Part shown: piece by piece, positions 31,162 to 43,379 of the stretch
Position numbering within the stretch: the first letter of the stretch is position 1
Layout: each line of letters starts with the position of its first letter
NCBI GenBank assembly: GCA_036689555.1
Contig: CP144856.1
Location: 234,804 to 298,803 of the forward strand
Source of the DNA: Candidatus Stammera capleta
Lineage (GTDB): Bacteria > Pseudomonadota > Gammaproteobacteria > Enterobacterales > Enterobacteriaceae
DNA: 64,000 nucleotides
Reading direction: 5' to 3'
Program-made: the position numbers and the translations under genes
The notes under the pieces: generated by a model
The model's input: only the letters and a program-made list of their open reading frames with translations
Databases searched by the model: none
What the model was told of the DNA's origin: nothing

Positions 31162-33519
31162 TTAAAAAAAATTACCTATATTAAATTGAAAATTACTAAT
31201 TTTATCATTTATATTTCAATATAATGGAAAACCATAAGATAAATTAATAGTACCAAAATAAGTTGTAAATTTTAAAGAAATACCTGTAGATACTTTTAAA
31301 AAATCTTTTAAATATAATTTATTTAATAAATTTGTATTTAAAGAAAAACCACTATCAATAAATCAAGATGCACGAACATTTTTATTTAAAAAATAATTAT
31401 TCAAAAATATAAATTTATTAGGAATAATTAACTCATTAGTTAATAAAAATACTAAATTATTTTTATTACTACTTAAAAAACATTTATTATTACAAAATTT
31501 TTTATTACTTATATAATAATTATTATAACTAATATTTTCATTAAAAACACGTAAAGATTTTTCTTTTAAATGATCTAAATTTTCATAAAAAGGTAAAACA
31601 TTATTTTTAAAACCATTACCATAACCTAAATAATTATGTATAAAAAATATTCATTGATTATTTAAAAAAAAATATTTAGATCAAGAAATGTACATTTTAT
31701 AAAAATTATTATATATATTAGGAAAAGTAAATTTACTATTAAAATTTATATAAAAACCATATTTAGGTAAAATATTATTATCTAATTTATTAATATAAAA
31801 ATTATTTATTATTAAAAAATTTTTAATAATTTTTTTTTTAATATTTAAATAATTATTAATATTAGTAAAAAATTGAAAATAGTTTAAATCATAATTATAT
31901 TTATACTTATAAAAAGTATTATATATATAATTAATACCAAATTTATATTTAAAAAAATCATTTAATTTAAATATAAAATAATTTTTGTAACCATAATTTA
32001 TATTTAAATTATTACTATCTCCTAAATAATTATTAAATATATAATTATAAAATAATTTATGTTTAATATAAAAATTATTCATATAATTAATGGGATTAAT
32101 TAAATTAATTTCACTATAATTTCCAAAATTATTTTTTACACCTTTAATAAATAAATCATTTCCTAAATATAAAAAATTATTTTTCAACAAACTTAACTCA
32201 TAATTTAAATTATTTTTTTTATCATAATTCAAACCAAAATTTAATTTACTATCATATTTTTTTTTTAAAAAATATATAATATCTAATTTGTTAATTGAAT
32301 TTCTATAAATCTTTTTTTTAAAATATATAGAAGAAAAAAAATTAGTTTTTTCTAAATTTAATTTACCTAAATTAATTAAATATTCATTATATAAATTATT
32401 TTTTATTTTAGGAATATTATTTTTAAATAAAAATTTACTTTCATATAAATTAACATTTTTTAAAAAAATATTATTAACATAAAAAATTTTATCTAATTTA
32501 ACATAAAAAAAAACAATAATTTTATTATCATTTAATATTTGATAATCTAAATCAATATCTACATTTAAAAAACCATTTTTTTTAAAAAAAAAATTAATAT
32601 ATGAAATAATATTATTTAATAAATTATGTTTATAATACATATCTTTATAAAAAAAAGTATATTTAATATTATTTAAAATCTTATCAAATTCAATATTTTT
32701 ATTACTATAAATTAATAAATCATGTATTTTATACCTTTTACCTTCAAAAAAACAAATTTTTATATCTATATTTTTTTTACTTAAAAAAATAAATTTTATT
32801 TTTTTAATAGTAAAATTTAAATAACCATAATTAAAATAAAATTCTTTAATTAAATTTAAATGTAAAATAAAATTATTCAAATTAAAATCTATAAAAGAAT
32901 TAAATATTTTAGAAAAAAAATAATTTTTTTTATAAAAAGGATTAAATTTTTTTTTTACTAAAAAATATTTTTTTTTTAATAATATATTTCTAATATTTAG
33001 ATATTGATTTTCATTTAGATTAATTTTTAAAGTACAATATTTTTCTTTCAAAAAATATTTTAAAAAACTAATTTTAATATTATATTTATTTAAATTTCTA
33101 TATTTTTTAAATATAAAATTTTTAGCTTCTAAAATTGAAGAATTACTTAAAAATACATTTTTTTGTATATTAAATTTTTTTAAAAAAAGTAATATATCTA
33201 ATTTAGATAATATTTTATTCCCTGTAACTAAAATATTATTTATAATAGGTTTATAATACAAGTATATATATAAATTATTATTTAATTTATATATTTTAAT
33301 TTTACTAAAATAATCAATTTTATATAAATAATTAATTACATTAATAATGTTTCTATCTTCAATAAAATTACCAAATTTATTAAATAAAAATTTTTTATAT
33401 TTATATATAAAAAATTTATTTTTTATATTTCAAACAATATCTTTTAAATAAAACTTTTGAATACAAAAAGACTTTAAACAAAAAAAACATAAAAAAATAA
33501 ATAAAAAAAATTTTTTCAT
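31162..33519 (-). CDS. bamA: outer membrane protein assembly factor BamA
   Basis: ATG 33519 with a signal peptide MKKFFLFIFLCFFCLKSF. Frame continuous with ORF 31681-33261 and on through TGA to TAA 31162-31164. C-terminal beta-barrel signature ...NFQFNIGNFF (terminal aromatic). 785 aa versus about 810 in E. coli. Confidence 0.88.
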
Positions 33520-33805
33520 TTTAAATAATCTAACCAATTTAAACTAATTTTAAAATTTTATTAAACAATTATTAAGTATTTCAAATACAAAAATTAATAA
33601 AAAATAAAAAAAAAATTATAAAATAATATTTTATATATTTTAAAAAAAATATAAATAAACTATATTTTCAATAAAAAATAATTATTTAAATTATTTACCA
33701 AATAAATATAAAAATTTTTCAAAAATTTAATAAATTTATATTTTTAATATATATTTATTAAAAAATTATAATTTTTTTTCATAAATAATTATGAATTTTA
33801 AAATA

Positions 33806-34516
33806 TTAAGAAGAAATAATTTTACCAAATCTTCTATCTCTTTTAGAAAAATTATTTAAAATTTTTAAAAAATTTTTACAACTAAAATCAGGTCACAATA
33901 TATCTGTAAAAAATAATTCTGAATAAGCAATTTTTCATAAAAAAAAATTACTAATTCTTTTTTCTCCTCCAGTTCTAATCAGTAAATCTATATCTGGTAA
34001 TTTATTTAAACATAAATGACTATTTATAAAATTTTCATTAATATCATTAATATTAATTTTTCTTTTTTTTATTAAATAAAATATTCTTTTTATACAATTT
34101 ATTAAATCCCATTTTCCACTATAATTTAAAGCTATATTTAATATTAAACCTTTATTATCTTTAGTTAAAAATTCTATTTTATTAATATAAAAAATTAAAT
34201 TTTTAGATAATTTTTTTCTACTACCAATAATATTTACACAAACATTTTTTTCATGCAATTCATACATAAAATTTTTAATAGAAAAAGTAAATAATTTCAT
34301 TAATTCTAATACTTCTAAATAAGGCCTAGATCAATTTTCAGTACTAAAAGCATATAAAGTAAGTATATTTAATTTATATTTTATAGAAAAATTAATTATT
34401 TTTTTAAGAGATAAAGCTCCATATCTATGTCCTATAATTCTAGATTTACCTCTTTTTTCAGCTCATCTTCCATTACCATCCATTATTATAGCAATATGAC
34501 AAGGATATTTATTCAT
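33806..34516 (-). CDS. uppS: undecaprenyl diphosphate synthase
   Basis: ATG 34516. HIAIIMDGNGRW(TGA)AEKRG, ...LTLYAFSTENW(TGA)SRP, ...RTGGEKRISNFFLW(TGA), C-terminus RDRRFG. 236 aa. Confidence 0.93.
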
Positions 34517-34521
34517 AAGAA

Positions 34522-35079
34522 TTAATTAGAAAATAATGTATTCTTTTTATTTATTAATATAACTTCCAATTTTTTAATATAAAATTCAGTTATTTTTTGT
34601 AATTTATTATTAAATAATATTTCTTCATCTTTACTAATAATTTTCTTTTTTAATAATAATCTAAATTTATTTTTAAATTCTCTTCTAATATTTCTAATTG
34701 ATATTTTACTTAATTCTATTTCATTTTTAATCAACTTTAAAATTTTTATTTTTCTATCTTTAGTTAATAAAGGTAAATTTACAATTAAATCATCTTTATC
34801 ATCAGTTACATTTAAATCTAATTTAGATAAATAAATACATTTCTTAACAGACTTTTTTACATTTCTATCAAATAAAGAAATTCTTAAAGAATTAAAATTT
34901 TCAATAATTATTCTAGATAATTTATATAAATATACTTTACTACCATGATAATCTATTAATAAATTAGAAATTAATTTAGTATTTATATTATTTATATTAT
35001 ATTTACTAATATTATTTTGACAAATCACAACACATTTATCCATTTTATCTTTTATACAAACTTCATTAAATTTATCCAT
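34522..35079 (-). CDS. frr: ribosome recycling factor
   Basis: Single ORF of 185 aa, same length as E. coli Frr. ...LPLLTKDRKIKILKLIKNEIELSKISIRNIRRE... matches the Frr helical domain. Sits next to uppS. Confidence 0.9.
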   Translation of the reverse strand: MDKFNEVCIKDKMDKCVVICQNNISKYNINNINTKLISNLLIDYHGSKVYLYKLSRIIIENFNSLRISLFDRNVKKSVKKCIYLSKLDLNVTDDKDDLIVNLPLLTKDRKIKILKLIKNEIELSKISIRNIRREFKNKFRLLLKKKIISKDEEILFNNKLQKITEFYIKKLEVILINKKNTLFSN

Positions 35080-35131
35080 ACTAATATTATAAATTAATTT
35101 AAATAATATTTAAATAAGTATTAAATAAATA

Positions 35132-36928
35132 CTAATCATCTAAAAAACTACGTAAAATTTCTGATCTACTAGGATGACGTAATTTACGTAATGCTTTAGC
35201 TTCAATTTGTCTAATTCTTTCCCTAGTAACATCAAATTGTTTACCTACTTCTTCTAAAGTATGATCACTATTCATATCTATACCAAAACGCATTCTTAAA
35301 ACTTTAGCTTCTCTAGGAGTTAAACTAGATAATACACTATTAGTTACCGATTTTAAACTTTCAGAAGTTGCTGACTCTAAAGGTAATTCTATTGAAGAAT
35401 CTTCTATAAAATCACCTAAATGTAAATCTTCATCCTCTCCTATAGGAGTTTCCATAGATATAGGTTCTTTAGCTATTTTTAAAACTTTTCTAATTTTATC
35501 TTCAGAAATCAACATTTTAACAGATAATTCCTCTGGAGTAGGTTCTCTACCTACTTCTTGTAATATTTGTCTAGAAATTCTATTTAATTTATTAATAGTT
35601 TCAATCATATGTACAGGTATTCTTATAGTACGTGCTTGATCAGCTATTGATCTAGTAATAGCTTGTCTAATTCATCATGTAGCATAAGTAGAAAATTTAT
35701 AACCTCTTCTATATTCAAATTTATCTACAGCTTTCATTAAACCTATATTACCTTCTTGTATTAAATCTAAAAATTGTAAACCTCTATTAGTATACTTTTT
35801 TGCTATAGATATTACTAATCTTAAATTAGCTTCTACCATATTTTTTTTAGCTTTATTAGCTTTAAATTCACTTTTTAACAAAAATTTATTAATCTTTTTT
35901 ATCTTAAAAATATTTAAACAAACTTTTTTTTCTATACAATATAAAATATTTAATTTATAAATTAACTTACTTAAATATCTTTTTAATTTTATAGATCATA
36001 ATTTATTTATATTAGTAATTTTAAATAATCATTTTTTATCTGTTCCATAATTTAAAAAAAAATTATAAAAAATATTTTTAGGCATAAAACATTTTTTTAC
36101 ACATAAATTAAAAATATCTTTTTCAATAGAAAAAATTTTTTTTACTATATTTTTATGTTTTAAAATTAAATAATTAAATTGTTTAGGAGATAATTTAAAT
36201 TCCATAAAAATACTAACTAATTTATTTAATTCATATTTAGTATAAGGATGATTAATAGTATATATGCCAATAAATTTTTTTAATAAATTATATTGAAAAT
36301 ATAAAAAATCAAATTTTTTTTTTATAAAATTTTTATATATATAACACAAATTATTTTTTTTCTTTTCTTTATCATGAAATGATAAATGTAAATCTGTTAA
36401 TGATGAAAAATCAATATTATAATTTACAAAACCAACAATTAAATCACATAAACGTAATTTACCTTTTCTAACTAAAAAATATTGATTTAAGAAATAATCA
36501 ATAGATTTTAAAAACTTAGCTAAATAGAATTGTATTTTATTAATATTACTTTCAATATACTTAGCTATATTAATTTCATCTTCTCTAGTAAGTAATTTTA
36601 CAGTACCCATTTCCCTCATATACATCCTTACAGGATCATTAGTTTTACCAATATCAGAATTTACCTTAGATAAAATAATATCAGGAACATCATTTGATGA
36701 TATACTTAAACTATTATTTTCATTAAAAACTAACTCATTAACTTCAGAAATATCTTCTACTATAGGAATACCCAAATTATTAATAATATTTACTACTTCT
36801 TCAAACTGAAATGATTCCAATTTTTTATTAATAAATATACTCTCATTTATTTGAGAAAAAGTTACATAACCTTTTTCCTTTCCTTTATCAATTAATAATT
36901 TTAAGTAAAATTTACTTTTTTTATTCAT
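35132..36928 (-). CDS. rpoD: RNA polymerase sigma-70 factor RpoD
   Basis: Start placed at ATG 36928 ([28 protein letters not shown], cf. E. coli LKLLVTRGKEQGYLTY). Regions 2-4 are highly conserved ([52 protein letters not shown](TGA)W(TGA)IRQAITRS...[30 protein letters not shown]). 598 aa. Confidence 0.95.
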
Positions 36929-36960
36929 ATAAATCCACAAATTAATTTTAAATAAATAAT

Positions 36961-38694
36961 TTATTTTAAAAAATTTTTTAACTTTATTAAATATCATATT
37001 TCTTTTTTATTTTTTAAACTTAAACTATTAAAAATTTCTTTTTTTAAAATTATATTTAATTTTTTATCTATTAAAAATTTTTTTAACTTTTTTAAAAAAT
37101 TTAAAAAATATCATTCATCATTAATATTACTAGAAAAATAATTTTTCAAAAATAAATATTCTAAATAAAAACGTAAAAAATTTTTAGAAAATTTTTCTAA
37201 AATTTTATTAAAATTATAAATTTTATTTAAAATACAAAAACTAACAATATTTAAAAATAAATTAAGATTTGATATCTTACTAAGATAAAAAATATTGTCA
37301 TATATATTAACAAACTTAGATAAAAAAAGATTTTTCAATAATAAACTTATCAAATATCTAATAATTAAAACATAATTATTTTTTTTAAATTTAATTTTTT
37401 TAAATTGTAATTTTTTAAAATTATCTAAATAATTACTTTCTAAACCAATTTTTAAACATAATTTCCTATTTAAAAATCATTTTATAATAGGAGAATTTAC
37501 TCTATTAATCAAAGATAAAATTTTTTTTACATAAAAAATTTTCTCTTCATACATTAAAATATTTTCTTTAAATAAATAAATTTCAAATAAAACTTTTAAA
37601 ATAGATTTAGAATTTTTAATATATTGATTAAATTTTTTAATACCATTTTTTCTTAAAATAGAATCAGGATCTTCTCCTTTAGGTAAAAAAATAAAAAAAG
37701 ATTTTTTTTTTTCATTAATAAAAAATAATAGTAATTTTAAAGTTTTTTTAATTGCATTTATTCCTACATAATCACCATCAAAACAAAAAAATAATATATT
37801 TGTGTAAAAATATAAAATTTTAATTTGTTTAAAATTAATTGAACTACCTAATAAACCTACAGTATTTAAAAAACCAAATTTATGTAAAGTAATAACATCC
37901 ATATAACCTTCAACAACAAATATTTTACTTACTTTACCTTTTTCTTTAATATAATTTAAACCATATAAACAATTTTTTTTAGAAAAAAAAATATTTTTAG
38001 AAGAATTAATATATTTTAAAACGTTATTATTTATAGATCTTCCACCAAAAGCAATTACTCTACCATATAAATCAAATATAGGAAAAATAATTCTATTATA
38101 AAATCTATCATAGATATTACCATTAATATCTTTTAAAAAAATACCAAAATTAATCAAAAAATTTAATTCTTCTTTATTAAAAAATTTTAATAAATATTTA
38201 AATAAATTTAAAGAAGAATAACCAATAAAAAACTTTTTAATCATATCTAAATTTAAATTTCTATACAACAAAAAATTTTTTATCAAATTTACATTAATAT
38301 TACATAATAAAAATTTATGATATACTTTAGTTAAAAGTAACATTAATTTAAAATATTTTTTTTCAATACTATAAAATTTATTTATATTTTTTTTTCTACT
38401 TAAAATTAAATCAATACCATTAAATTTAGAAAGTTCTATAATACTGTCAAAAAAATTAATATTATTAAATTTCATTAAAAAATCTATAGAATTACCATAA
38501 ATTTTACAACCAAAACAATAAAAAAATTTTTTTTCTTCATTAACAATAAATGAAGGATTTTTTTCTTTATGAAAAGGACAACAACATTTATATCTAGTAC
38601 CTATTTTATTAAGTTTAATCTTAGAAGATATTAACTTAACAATATCTGTTTTAAATAATAAATTATCAATAAAAGAACGAGAAATATATTTCAT
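36961..38694 (-). CDS. dnaG: DNA primase
   Basis: Zinc ribbon CCCPFHKEKNPSFIV...YCFGC, TOPRIM VVEGYMDV...FDGD. I traced through TGA codons to TAA 36961-36963. 577 aa versus about 581 in E. coli. rpsU-dnaG-rpoD operon order. Confidence 0.93.
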
Positions 38695-38724
38695 ACTAAA
38701 TTAATTATTAATTTACTAATTTAT

Positions 38725-38949
38725 TTAAAATTTAAATTTATAATTAAATTTTGTATTTTTTTCTCTATATATTTTTTTCATATATCTTTTTATTGCTGAT
38801 GCTTTAGCTCTTTTTTTTCTAGTAGATGGTTTTTCATAAAATTCTCTTTTACGAATTTCAGTTAAAATACCAGATTTTTCACATAATCTTTTAAATCTAC
38901 GTAAAGCAATATCAAAAGGTTCATTGTCTCTAATTTTAATTAACGGCAT
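38725..38949 (-). CDS. rpsU: 30S ribosomal protein S21
   Basis: [52 protein letters not shown] is near-identical to E. coli S21. Start placed at ATG 38949 rather than at the longer track ORF. Confidence 0.95.
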   Translation of the reverse strand: MPLIKIRDNEPFDIALRRFKRLCEKSGILTEIRKREFYEKPSTRKKRAKASAIKRYMKKIYREKNTKFNYKFKF

Positions 38950-39018
38950 AATTTTACCCAATACAAACATCATTGTATAATATACAATATTAACATATTA
39001 ATAAAATAAAAAAAATAT

Positions 39019-40035
39019 ATGATAATATTAGGTATAGAAACATCATGTGATGAAACTAGTATAAGTATATATACAAAAAAAAAAGGTATTATTATTAACA
39101 AAATTTATAGTCAAACTATACATTCTATGTATGGTGGAGTAGTACCAGTATTAGCTTCTAGAAATCATTCTAAAAAAATAATATTTTTAATTAAAAAAGT
39201 AATTCAAAAAACAAAAATAAAATTTAAAAATATAAATGCTATAGCATTTACTGCAGGACCTGGATTACCTAATTCTTTATTAATAGGAACAACTGTAGCT
39301 AAAACATTAGAATTAATATATAAAATACCTTCAATACCTATAAATCATATTGAAGGACATATAATGTCAATTATGTTAGCTAATAAAAAACCTTCTTTTC
39401 CATTTATATCATTAATTACTTCTGGAGCACATACTCTTTTAGTAATCGTTTATAAATATCAAAAATATAAAATTATAGGATATTCTTTAGATGATTCTGC
39501 AGGAGAAACATTTGATAAAATAGGAAATTTAATAGGATTAAAATATCCAGCAGGAAAAAAAATATCTCAATTAGCTAAATATGGAAAAAAAAATTTAAAT
39601 TTTCCAAAACCTATTATTAATAAATATAATTACTGTTTCAGTTTTTCAGGACTTAAAACACATATATATTATTTTATTAAAAAAAATATTAAAAATATTA
39701 ATAAATATCAATTTAAATGTGATATATGTTTTTCCTTAGAAAAAAGCATAACAGAAATATTAGTATATAAATCAAAAAAAGCACTTATTAAATTTAATAT
39801 TAAAAATTTATCAGTAGTAGGAGGAGTAAGTGCTAATAATACATTAAGAAAAAAAATTAAACGAATGACTAAAAAAATAAATAAAAAATGTTTTTTTACT
39901 AAAAAAAAATTATGTACAGATAATGCTGCTATGATAGCTTATACTGGATATTTAAAAATAAAAAAAAAAAAAAAATATAAACAAAATATTAAAATTAAAA
40001 TAAAACCTAAATGAAATATTAATGAAAAATTTTAA
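39019..40035 (+). CDS. tsaD: tRNA t6A37 threonylcarbamoyltransferase TsaD
   Basis: MIILGIETSCDETS..., ...NHIEGH..., ...SGAHT..., ...CTDNAAMIA. Divergent from rpsU as in E. coli. Continues past TGA 40012-40014 to TAA 40033-40035. 338 aa. Confidence 0.93.
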
Positions 40036-41234
40036 TTTTTATTTATTTTTTTTCCTTTTAAAAAAAAATATATCTTTTTAAAGCGTAAATTATATAATTT
40101 TCTACTTATTTCATTTCCTTTAAAACCTAATTTAATAATATATTTATTTTTTATAAAAAAAATTACATTAAAAATATCTAATAAATAGCTATTTAAAAAT
40201 AAAAAAAAATTTTTATTTTTTAAAGGTAATAATTGAAAAATTTTTATTATACTTAAAATATCTTTCAATATTTTTGGTCTACGCCATATATCAACTTTAT
40301 AAAAAATATCTAAAATAGATTTTATGATATTTTTTTTATTTAAAAAATAAATTTTAAATAAAAAATTATATAAAAATTTAAATGATAAAAAATATTTTTT
40401 AGGTATATACAATCTACTACAAAAATTTTTTATTTTAATTAATAAAAAATCTTTATTTAAAAAAAATTTTTTTGATAATATTGTTTCATAAAAAAAAAAA
40501 CATAAAAAAGAAAAATTTAATTTTGTACTACATTTTAAATGTAATAATCTAATAGATAAAAAACTAAAATATATTTTTTTAAGTTTATTTTTAAATAAAT
40601 TAATCATCTCTGGAAAAATTAATTCTAAAGCTTTACATTTATTTAAAATATTAAAATATCAAAAAATATTAAAATTTTTTAAAACTTTTTTTGTTTCTAT
40701 TCAAATTCTTTCTACACTTAATGATAATAATTCACCAGAAGATGAGATTTTATTCATTAAAAATAATGTTTTAGGATGAATAGAAAATTTAAAATTTAAA
40801 AAACGGGAATAAAATTGAGCTACTCTAAAAATTCTTAATGGATCATCGGAAAAAAAATGAGATACATGTCTTATAATACGATTTTTAATATCTTTAATAC
40901 CTTTATAAGGATCATAATAATTACCTTTATTATCTAAAGCTATAGCATTGATAGTTAAATCTCTACGAAATAAATCTTGTTTTAAAGTAACTTTATTAGA
41001 AAAATTACATATAAAACCGTTATAACCTAATCCAATTTTTTTCTCTGTACGAGCTAAGGCATATTCTTCTTTAGTTATAGGATGAATAAAAACAGGAAAA
41101 TGGTTACCAACAGATTTAAAACCTAAATTTACCATTTCTTGATATGAAGAACCTATTACTACTCAATCTCTATCTCTAATATTTATACCTAATAATTTAT
41201 CTCTTACAGCTCCTCCAACAAGATAAAATTTCAT
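40032..41234 (-). CDS. cca: CCA-adding tRNA nucleotidyltransferase
   Basis: ATG 41234. [24 protein letters not shown](TGA)VV..., ...RRDLTINAIA.... Three pieces are in one frame. 400 aa versus about 412 in E. coli. The C-terminal half is poorly conserved. Confidence 0.88.
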
Positions 41235-41250
41235 TTTTTAAAACAAAAAA

Positions 41251-41478
41251 TTAAAATAATATTTTTTTATTAAAAATTATATCTAATATACTTTTATCTA
41301 CTAAACCATCTTCTATTTCTCTTAAAGCTAAAATAGTTGGTTTATCATTTTTAGAATCTTTTAAAAAAGTATTTTTAGAAAAATATTGTATTTGTCTAGC
41401 CCTATATGAAGCTATTAAAACTAAATCAAATCTATTACCTATTTTTTCTACTGATTTTTGAACAGTTAAATAAGTCAT
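41251..41478 (-). CDS. rpoZ: RNA polymerase omega subunit
   Basis: 75 aa. TVQKSVEKIGNRFDLVLIASYRARQIQ...PTILALREIEDGLV matches E. coli RpoZ. Confidence 0.92.
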   Translation of the reverse strand: MTYLTVQKSVEKIGNRFDLVLIASYRARQIQYFSKNTFLKDSKNDKPTILALREIEDGLVDKSILDIIFNKKILF

Positions 41479-41526
41479 ATATTATATTTCCTTTAATATT
41501 ATTAATTAAATATTATTTATAATAAT

Positions 41527-43162
41527 ATTATAATTTTTTAAAATAATCTATAATAGATTTATCTATACGTAAAAATAATTTTTTATATCTTGATATTTTA
41601 TGATTTAAAATAGGAATATGAAAATTTTTAATATTTAATTTTATTTTTAAAAATTTTTGAATTTTAAAAAATAAATTTGGTATTATAGGATATAAATAAA
41701 CGGAAATTATTTTAAAAATATTTATAATAGTAGTAAAAATAGAATGTAATTTTTTAAATTTTTTTTTAGAATGAATTAATAATCAAGGTTGCATATCATT
41801 AATAAATTTATTTAATAAATCAATCATATTATTAATTTCATATAAAACATTTTTATAATTAAAATTTAAATAATAATCACTTATTAAATTAAATTTATTA
41901 ACAAAATAATAATAAAAATTAATATTATATATTTCATTAGATAAAATATTATCAAAATAATTTTCAAGAAATTTACATATTCTAGAAGGTATATTAATAA
42001 ATTTATTTACAATTTCAGAATTAATAGTTTTAATAAAATCATTTAAACATAAATTAATATCATTAATTTTAAAAGACAATTTAGTAGATAAATAATATCT
42101 TAAACTATCAGAATCTAAAATATCTAATCAATCTTTTGCACTAATAAAATTATTTAACGACTTAGACATTTTTTTACCATTAACTAAAATATGTCCATGA
42201 ACTACTAAACCAGTAGGTTTTTTAAAATTTAAAATATCTAAAATTATAGGTCATAATAAACCATGAAAATATAATATATCTTTTCCAATAAAATTATATA
42301 AATAATAATTATTATTGTTTTTTCAAAATTTATTAAAAAAAGAAAAATTGTTAATTTTACAAAAATAATTAAAAGTACTTATATAACATATTAAAGCATC
42401 AAATCAAACATAAAAATATTTTTTTTTAATAAATTTATTAGGAATTTTAAAACCAAAATAAGGTAAATCACGTGAAATATTTCAATCTATTAATTTATTT
42501 TTAAGTAAAAATAATAATTGATTTTTAACTTCATTTTGTAGAAAACATAAAGAAATCCATTTTTCTATTTTTTTTTTAAAAGAATTAATTTTTAAAAATA
42601 AATGTTCAGATTTTTTTAAAATAGGTTTCTCATTAGATAATAGTGATATAGGATTAATTAAATCATAAGAATAATAAATATTATTACATATATTACAATA
42701 ATCACCATACTGATCTTTTGCTTTACATATTGGACAGATACCTTTAATATATCTATCAGGTAAAAAAATATTTTTATTCGAATCATAATATTGCATAATA
42801 TTTTTTTTAATTAATAAATTCTTAGATTTAATTTTATTCATTAACAATAAAGAAAAATAATAATTTTCTTTACTATGAGTAGTAAAATAAATATCATGTA
42901 AAATATTAAATTTTTTAAAAATTTTTTTATGTTCTAATAAATTTTTTTTTATTATTAATAATGGATCTATATTTAATTCAATAGATTTCAACATTATTGC
43001 AGTACCATGAGAATCATCAGCACATATAAAATAAACATTATTACCTAAAAAAAATCTTTGATATTTAACTCATATATCCGCCTGTATATGTTCTAAAACA
43101 TGACCTAAATGTATAGGACCATTAGAATACGGTAAAGCACAAGTAACTAATATATTTTTCAT
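41527..43162 (-). CDS. metG: methionyl-tRNA synthetase (catalytic core only), frame broken at an A7 tract near the 3' end
   Basis: ATG 43162. [31 protein letters not shown](TGA)VKYQR, Zn knuckle [17 protein letters not shown]. The ATG frame ends at TAA 41558-41560. The conserved tail ([13 protein letters not shown]) is in the adjacent frame, ending TAA 41527-41529. See findings. It lacks the roughly 130-aa C-terminal tRNA-binding domain of E. coli MetG. Confidence 0.88.
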
Positions 43163-43179
43163 AAAATTTAAATTATTAA

Positions 43180-43253
43180 TCGGCGAGAGAGGATTTGAAC
43201 CTCCGACCCACTAGTCCCAAACCAGTTGCGCTACCAAGCTGCGCCACTCACCG
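43180..43253 (-). tRNA. tRNA-Pro (TGG)
   Basis: Reverse complement CGGTGAGTGGCGCAGCTTGGTAGCGCAACTGGTTTGGGACTAGTGGGTCGGAGGTTCAAATCCTCTCTCGCCGA is close to E. coli proM. No encoded CCA. Confidence 0.92.
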
Positions 43254-43257
43254 TAAA

Positions 43258-43331
43258 GGTGGTTAATGGGATTCGAACCCATGACTTCCGGAACCACAAT
43301 CCAGAGCTCTACCAACTGAGCTATAACCACC
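43258..43331 (-). tRNA. tRNA-His (GTG) with encoded G-1
   Basis: Reverse complement GGTGGTTATAGCTCAGTTGGTAGAGCTCTGGATTGTGGTTCCGGAAGTCATGGGTTCGAATCCCATTAACCACC. The extra 5' G opposite discriminator C73 is the His identity element. Confidence 0.92.
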
Positions 43332-43379
43332 AATAATATACTTATTATATATTAATAATATAAAAATTTAAAATATATT

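Noticed and set aside
33520-33805. A 286-bp non-coding gap between bamA and uppS as a possible hidden gene, ncRNA or remnant of cdsA/rseP.
   Set aside because: No frame stays open. There is no GC-enriched or structured segment like the tRNAs, and no recognisable residue of cdsA or rseP by eye. It is most simply an eroded spacer plus the bamA promoter. It is mentioned only as a deletion scar.
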